This document shows positions 59,902-64,000 of a stretch of DNA of 64,000 nt, one piece after another; position 1 is the stretch's first letter, and every line of letters starts with the position of its first letter. Source of the DNA: a virus (lineage: Duplodnaviria > Caudoviricetes); the IMG/VR virus record IMGVR_UViG_3300028048_000063, positions 32,001 through 96,000 of that record; one strand, given 5' to 3'. The notes beneath the pieces are model-generated. The model was not told the DNA's origin. It saw only the letters and a program-made list of their open reading frames with translations, and did not search any database. The translations under genes were made by a program, and so were the position numbers.

Positions 59902-60912
59902 TTATTCTCCTTTTACCTCAGTATTTTTTATAAAATTTGTAAAAAATTCACCCAAAATTTCTTCTGCTGGAATATCTGAATAAATCTTGATCATGTCAGA
60001 ATTCGCCCATCCGAATATTTGAGTAATAACATCGTCTGGTAATTTCATACGTTTTAAATACGTACAGAAAAAATGACGACTAGAGTGAGCATAGTAATCA
60101 ATGCCAAATATTTTTGAAATTTTAGCTGCAAAACTATTTGCTGTTGATACTGTAGCTGGGACGTATTCACCATCTTTTTTTGTTACAAACAATGAATCCA
60201 TCACTATTCCTTTTTCTTCTCTTTCTTTTAACCAAAGGTTTAAGAAAGGCTGAAACAATTCTTTGATTACATATTTCTTAATAATCTTCCCTCGTTTCCC
60301 TTGTCCTTTTGATCTTATTTCTGGGGTACAATACATATACCCATCAAATACTTCTCTTTCTGGAGTAAAGAAATTTACCTTCATTTGCAACAACTCAGCT
60401 TTTCTACTACCAGAAGCGCATGCTAAAGCCAAATAACATGCAATTTGATATTCTTTTTCTTCAACAAGTTTTTCCAAAATTTCTGTCATTTGTTGGTTAG
60501 AAATTACAGTCTTTTCTCTAACTGTTGCAATCTTTACAGGCTCAAGCGCACGTAATTGATTATGAAACTGTGGATATACATCTTCATATAATAACTCTAT
60601 CTCCGAAGATAAACTACTTAGCACAGATTTCAACGAAGCAATACGATTGGCACTCATACCTAAATCTCTACACCAACCAAAATAATAAACAAAGTCACGA
60701 CGTTTTAGATCAACAAAAAACTTGTCGTCATTTTCATCGTAATTCCAACAAAAAAATACTTTTAACCATTCTTCATATTGATGAATTGTTTGAGGACTCT
60801 TATCGTTAGATTTACAGTATTTTATAAAATCATTGACTAATTGCTTATTTTCTTTAGAAACTTCATCCCAACTTGATGTAATATTATCGTTATATACTGT
60901 CGATCTTCCCAT
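59902..60912 (-). CDS. Tyrosine recombinase (phage integrase family)
   Basis: GSRKAEL (R), SKG (K), HSSRH, FGW...IY catalytic residues. Confidence 0.9.
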   Translation of the reverse strand: MGRSTVYNDNITSSWDEVSKENKQLVNDFIKYCKSNDKSPQTIHQYEEWLKVFFCWNYDENDDKFFVDLKRRDFVYYFGWCRDLGMSANRIASLKSVLSSLSSEIELLYEDVYPQFHNQLRALEPVKIATVREKTVISNQQMTEILEKLVEEKEYQIACYLALACASGSRKAELLQMKVNFFTPEREVFDGYMYCTPEIRSKGQGKRGKIIKKYVIKELFQPFLNLWLKEREEKGIVMDSLFVTKKDGEYVPATVSTANSFAAKISKIFGIDYYAHSSRHFFCTYLKRMKLPDDVITQIFGWANSDMIKIYSDIPAEEILGEFFTNFIKNTEVKGE

Positions 60913-60933
60913 TACATCCTCCTATAATCCTTT

Positions 60934-61605
60934 TTAAGCCCTTGTAAGCCCCTGTAAACGCTTTATCTCCTCTAAACAAGCATCTATACTATGTTGAGCC
61001 TTAAGTTCTTTACAGTGCTTTTTAACGGCTTTTATTTCTTCTGTTAAATCTTTGTTCCATTTTATATCTATGAATGTTTTTGCTAACATAATAGCGTCAG
61101 ATTCATCAAAAGATATATCTGTAAATCCATAGGTATTTTTTATATATGTCTGTATATCTTGCTTTTCAACTTTATGTTTATTATCCCAATTCATTAAATG
61201 TCTGAGATAAGCATGAGTTGAAATAGGATATACACCAACATAATCATAAACAGCTATGTTGTGTGAATAAGTATAATAGTCCAACATAGCATGACTTTTT
61301 GCTAATGCAATAAAAGTCTGTACAGTTGAGGATCCACCACGTAATTGCACTGGCATAGCCTCTTTATATACTAAAATATCATTAAGATTAATTCCTAGTG
61401 ATGATAATGAGTTAAAGAACGTATCTAACTCTGCGTATAAAGCAGCTACTCCAAGTTCATGATCCTTGTTAACTTTTAAGACTTTTGTTTGTATAGGAAT
61501 ATTTTTACTTAAATCCCAAATACATACACCAGTTATACGACTAGCTAAGTCAAACATTATAAGATATTTATAATTATCAAGATTTTTATGAAACTTAATT
61601 TCCAT
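60934..61605 (-). CDS. RuvC-like Holliday junction resolvase
   Basis: MFDLASRITG, VYKE, DESDAI acidic motifs. Confidence 0.75.
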   Translation of the reverse strand: MEIKFHKNLDNYKYLIMFDLASRITGVCIWDLSKNIPIQTKVLKVNKDHELGVAALYAELDTFFNSLSSLGINLNDILVYKEAMPVQLRGGSSTVQTFIALAKSHAMLDYYTYSHNIAVYDYVGVYPISTHAYLRHLMNWDNKHKVEKQDIQTYIKNTYGFTDISFDESDAIMLAKTFIDIKWNKDLTEEIKAVKKHCKELKAQHSIDACLEEIKRLQGLTRA

Positions 61606-61606
61606 C

Positions 61607-61906
61607 TTAATCCTGTGTTGCGATTGCTACTTCTTCAGCTCCTGGGGCAACTTTGCAACAAATAAATGAATTAGCTAAATTATTTTGAATTTTATAAACA
61701 TAACAATATTCACCTGGTGTAAAATTAAATTTTGTCATGTTTGGTACATTATAAATGACTGAAGTTTTGTCTGGAATGACATACACATTATAGTGGTTTG
61801 CATCAACTTGAGATGTCACTTCACACAATATTGTACAGTCTAATTTATTAAGTTCTTGTTGGATGATGTCACGAATGACATCGACCATCTTATCAGCTGC
61901 ACTCAT
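61607..61906 (-). CDS. Small OB-fold-like tail/baseplate protein
   Basis: N-terminal helix followed by a beta region (Y.V...NVPN...F.PGE). Confidence 0.5.
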   Translation of the reverse strand: MSAADKMVDVIRDIIQQELNKLDCTILCEVTSQVDANHYNVYVIPDKTSVIYNVPNMTKFNFTPGEYCYVYKIQNNLANSFICCKVAPGAEEVAIATQD

Positions 61907-61929
61907 GATATCCTCCTTGTAGTAATGAT

Positions 61930-61959
61930 AAAAAACCCTTCACCATTGCTAGTGAAGGG
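61930..61959 (-). terminator. Intrinsic terminator
   Basis: CCCTTCAC-N8-GTGAAGGG-TTTTTT. Confidence 0.78.
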
Positions 61960-61966
61960 CAAAAAA

Positions 61967-62203
61967 TTACTTTTCCTCTTCTACTTCTTGTTCTACAACT
62001 TCTTCTGCAGCTTCTTCTGCGATTGGTTCTACAACTAAGTATTGTCTGTTTTGAGGCTTTTTACCTTTCTTTTTTGTTTTTGCCTCTTCTTCAGCAGCCT
62101 TTTTTGCTGCTTCTTCTGCTGCTGCACGAGCTGCTGCTTCTGCTGCTCTTCTTTTTCTTGTTGCTGCATTCTTTTTCAATAATTCTGCTTTTGTAATTGT
62201 CAT
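61967..62203 (-). CDS. Low-complexity Ala/Glu/Lys protein (78 aa)
   Basis: AGGAGG SD; basic N-terminus and acidic C-terminus. Confidence 0.65.
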   Translation of the reverse strand: MTITKAELLKKNAATRKRRAAEAAARAAAEEAAKKAAEEEAKTKKKGKKPQNRQYLVVEPIAEEAAEEVVEQEVEEEK

Positions 62204-62224
62204 GTTAACTATCCTCCTAACTAA

Positions 62225-62608
62225 TTACTTATTGTTTTTGAGTGTATATAATACTGACTCGATTTTCTCTCCTAACCATTTCTCTATATCACCAAAATTA
62301 GATTCTATATATGATTTAAGTTCATCGGTTAGTTGTCCTTTAATTATTGCTAAAGCTTTATCTTTTGCTTTTGCTTGTGCCTCTGCATCGAACTTTCCGT
62401 CCTTCTTTAAAGCTTCTACAAATTCTTGGTACACTGTTTTTACTGCATCTGTAACTATTGTTGTAACTTTTGTTAAGAACATAGCTAAATTTTTATCTTT
62501 AATTTTAGTATTCAACCAGTTGGTTAATACTACTACACCCCAACTAACTAAACCTGTTACAACAATTCCAAGAGCAGATAATAAAATATTTAAAACTTCT
62601 TGTGGCAT
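62225..62608 (-). CDS. Putative holin (LL-H-like)
   Basis: Single N-terminal TM helix; AVKTVYQEFVEALKK...IESVLYTLK. Confidence 0.65.
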   Translation of the reverse strand: MPQEVLNILLSALGIVVTGLVSWGVVVLTNWLNTKIKDKNLAMFLTKVTTIVTDAVKTVYQEFVEALKKDGKFDAEAQAKAKDKALAIIKGQLTDELKSYIESNFGDIEKWLGEKIESVLYTLKNNK

Positions 62609-62667
62609 AATGTTTCTCCTTTTAAAAAATTAATCTACCCCAGTCATTGGGGTGAACATAATACTTA

Positions 62668-62734
62668 GAGTATTATTATAAAATGACCAATAAAACAGTA
62701 ATTTTATAATAATACTCGGCGAGCCGAAGCTCGC
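62668..62734 (-). promoter_or_regulatory. 17-bp inverted repeat plus cUUCGg hairpin upstream of the holin
   Basis: GAGTATTATTATAAAAT (62668-84) pairs with 62701-17; GCGAGC-TTCG-GCTCGC at 62719-34. Confidence 0.6.
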
Positions 62735-62751
62735 TTCGTATTATTTTTGTG

Positions 62752-62895
62752 TTATTTTTTACTAGCAGTACAATTTTCTGTTTTATCGATCGTATATTGA
62801 TGCGATTGTGTACAGTATTGTTGATACATACACTTCTTCTTGGTTAACTTACACGTATAACCAGTCTTTTTGCTGCCAGTTAAATATTTACACAT
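62752..62895 (-). CDS. Small Cys-rich protein (47 aa), below the ORF-track cut-off
   Basis: AGGGGA SD; MCKYLTGSKKTGYTCKLTKKKCMYQQYCTQSHQYTIDKTENCTASKK; fills the gap after the tail tube gene. Confidence 0.65.
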   Translation of the reverse strand: MCKYLTGSKKTGYTCKLTKKKCMYQQYCTQSHQYTIDKTENCTASKK

Positions 62896-62907
62896 ATTGA
62901 TCCCCTA

Positions 62908-63990
62908 TTATGCTGCTACGATCTTAACTGTATCTGTGAGATCTTCATATGCAACTGTAATATCATAACCAACAGCTGCTGCTTTAAACTTACCCTCTGA
63001 ATCTAATGCGTCTTCTGTATCATTATAGGTAAATGTTACATCTGCATTATCAAGTTTAACAAGTTTTCCACTTTCTCTTTCAGCATAAACAATTGGTGTT
63101 GAACCAGCTACTAAACAGTCTTCATCAATAATAAGTGCTTTATAATCTGAAACTTCACGATCATAAATAACTTCAATGATTCTTAAGAGTTTTCCACCAA
63201 CAGAGTCACATTCTAATGATTCAGATGCAAGTGCGATACCTGCGAGTGACATTGTTTGGTTGGAGCTCATGTTCATTGAGAATTCTTGTGCACCATTAAG
63301 TTGGAAACGTGGTACTTCGAAAGTGATTGTGCCTGCTTCTTTACCTTGAGAAGCTGCACATGAGTCTCCTGCAAAAATAGGAGCTGTGATGATTAAGTAT
63401 AACTCTTGTGGAACGATAAGAGTTTGAATTTCAGCTGAAACTGCCTTGCTGTCTTCTGCTAAATAACGAACACAGTAATTTGCATTTTGTTCTAATCCTG
63501 CTGCTGAAGCTTCTTCTGCTGTGAAAGAACCTACATACTTGTCACCAGATTTTGTACAGCTTGCGAGATTGATTGAATGCCAATCATCTGTTCCTTCTTT
63601 TGCGAACCAAATTGTAATTGGGTCGCTGTCAAGACATGCAACTGGTAATGCAAGAGCTTGTCTTGCAAGACTGAAAGTATTGTCTCCTTCGTATGTACAT
63701 TTATCTGTGAAATATGCCTTTTGGTCATCGTCACTCATGTAAACACCAAGTTGTGCTTCGAGGTATTCGTGTTTCCATTGAATATCTGTTAAGTTGATTT
63801 CAACGTTTGTGTCATGATAGAAAGAGAATTGGATAGGTGCTCCTGTACCACCACGAATATCGTCTTTTGTTGTACTAATATTTAATCCAGAGTCTGTTAA
63901 TGTTTTTGAGACAAAAGCTAATTCAAATTTACCGTCAACAATACGGAAAGCTTCTGCCTTACCAACTGAACCTAAAAAATATTTTGCCAT
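62908..63990 (-). CDS. Major tail tube protein
   Basis: FLGSVG.A, SKTLTDSG...DIRGG.G, VPRFQLNG...FSM pattern of SPbeta-like tail tube proteins; heads the tail module. Confidence 0.7.
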   Translation of the reverse strand: MAKYFLGSVGKAEAFRIVDGKFELAFVSKTLTDSGLNISTTKDDIRGGTGAPIQFSFYHDTNVEINLTDIQWKHEYLEAQLGVYMSDDDQKAYFTDKCTYEGDNTFSLARQALALPVACLDSDPITIWFAKEGTDDWHSINLASCTKSGDKYVGSFTAEEASAAGLEQNANYCVRYLAEDSKAVSAEIQTLIVPQELYLIITAPIFAGDSCAASQGKEAGTITFEVPRFQLNGAQEFSMNMSSNQTMSLAGIALASESLECDSVGGKLLRIIEVIYDREVSDYKALIIDEDCLVAGSTPIVYAERESGKLVKLDNADVTFTYNDTEDALDSEGKFKAAAVGYDITVAYEDLTDTVKIVAA

Positions 63991-64000
63991 AGTTTTCTCC

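Noticed and set aside
565-63742. All plus-strand ORFs in the track
   Set aside because: They are short, antisense to long minus-strand genes, and carry no recognisable motifs; treated as shadow ORFs.
1-64000. Stop-codon reassignment (code 4 or 15)
   Set aside because: Genes up to 4512 aa are open in the standard code, and TGA (6829) and TAG (13581) serve as real stops.

Overview
An AT-rich 64-kb segment of a large tailed dsDNA phage or prophage. All credible genes lie on the minus strand, in standard code 11, with strong GGAGG Shine-Dalgarno sites and consensus sigma-A promoters. These features, plus an anaerobic RNR, BspA-type LRRs and a SipW-type signal peptide, suggest an anaerobic Bacillota (gut/rumen) host (inference). 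In the direction of transcription (right to left) the window holds: tail tube, holin, RuvC-like resolvase, tyrosine recombinase, phosphoesterase, redoxin-nrdD-nrdG; a ~15 kb tail-fibre/adhesin cluster ending in a radical SAM/SPASM maturase operon; a SipW-type secreted protein; a small sigma-A-driven island headed by a non-canonical tRNA-like RNA; a 4512-aa tape measure protein; tail/baseplate genes; an SPbeta-like replication module (SSB, nucleases, Sak, intein-containing helicase, primase, C-terminally truncated DnaE); and a very large BspA LRR gene running off the left edge. Most notable: (1) the tape measure protein has an N-terminal single-chain two-barrel RNA polymerase (NADFDGD) followed by a PD-(D/E)xK nuclease-like domain; (2) a RiPP-type rSAM/SPASM enzyme is coupled to a structural-looking protein with a Cys-repeat C-terminus; (3) a tRNA-like RNA has remodelled D and T loops; (4) DnaE is split or truncated without an intein. 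All calls come from reading motifs by eye; no searches were run.
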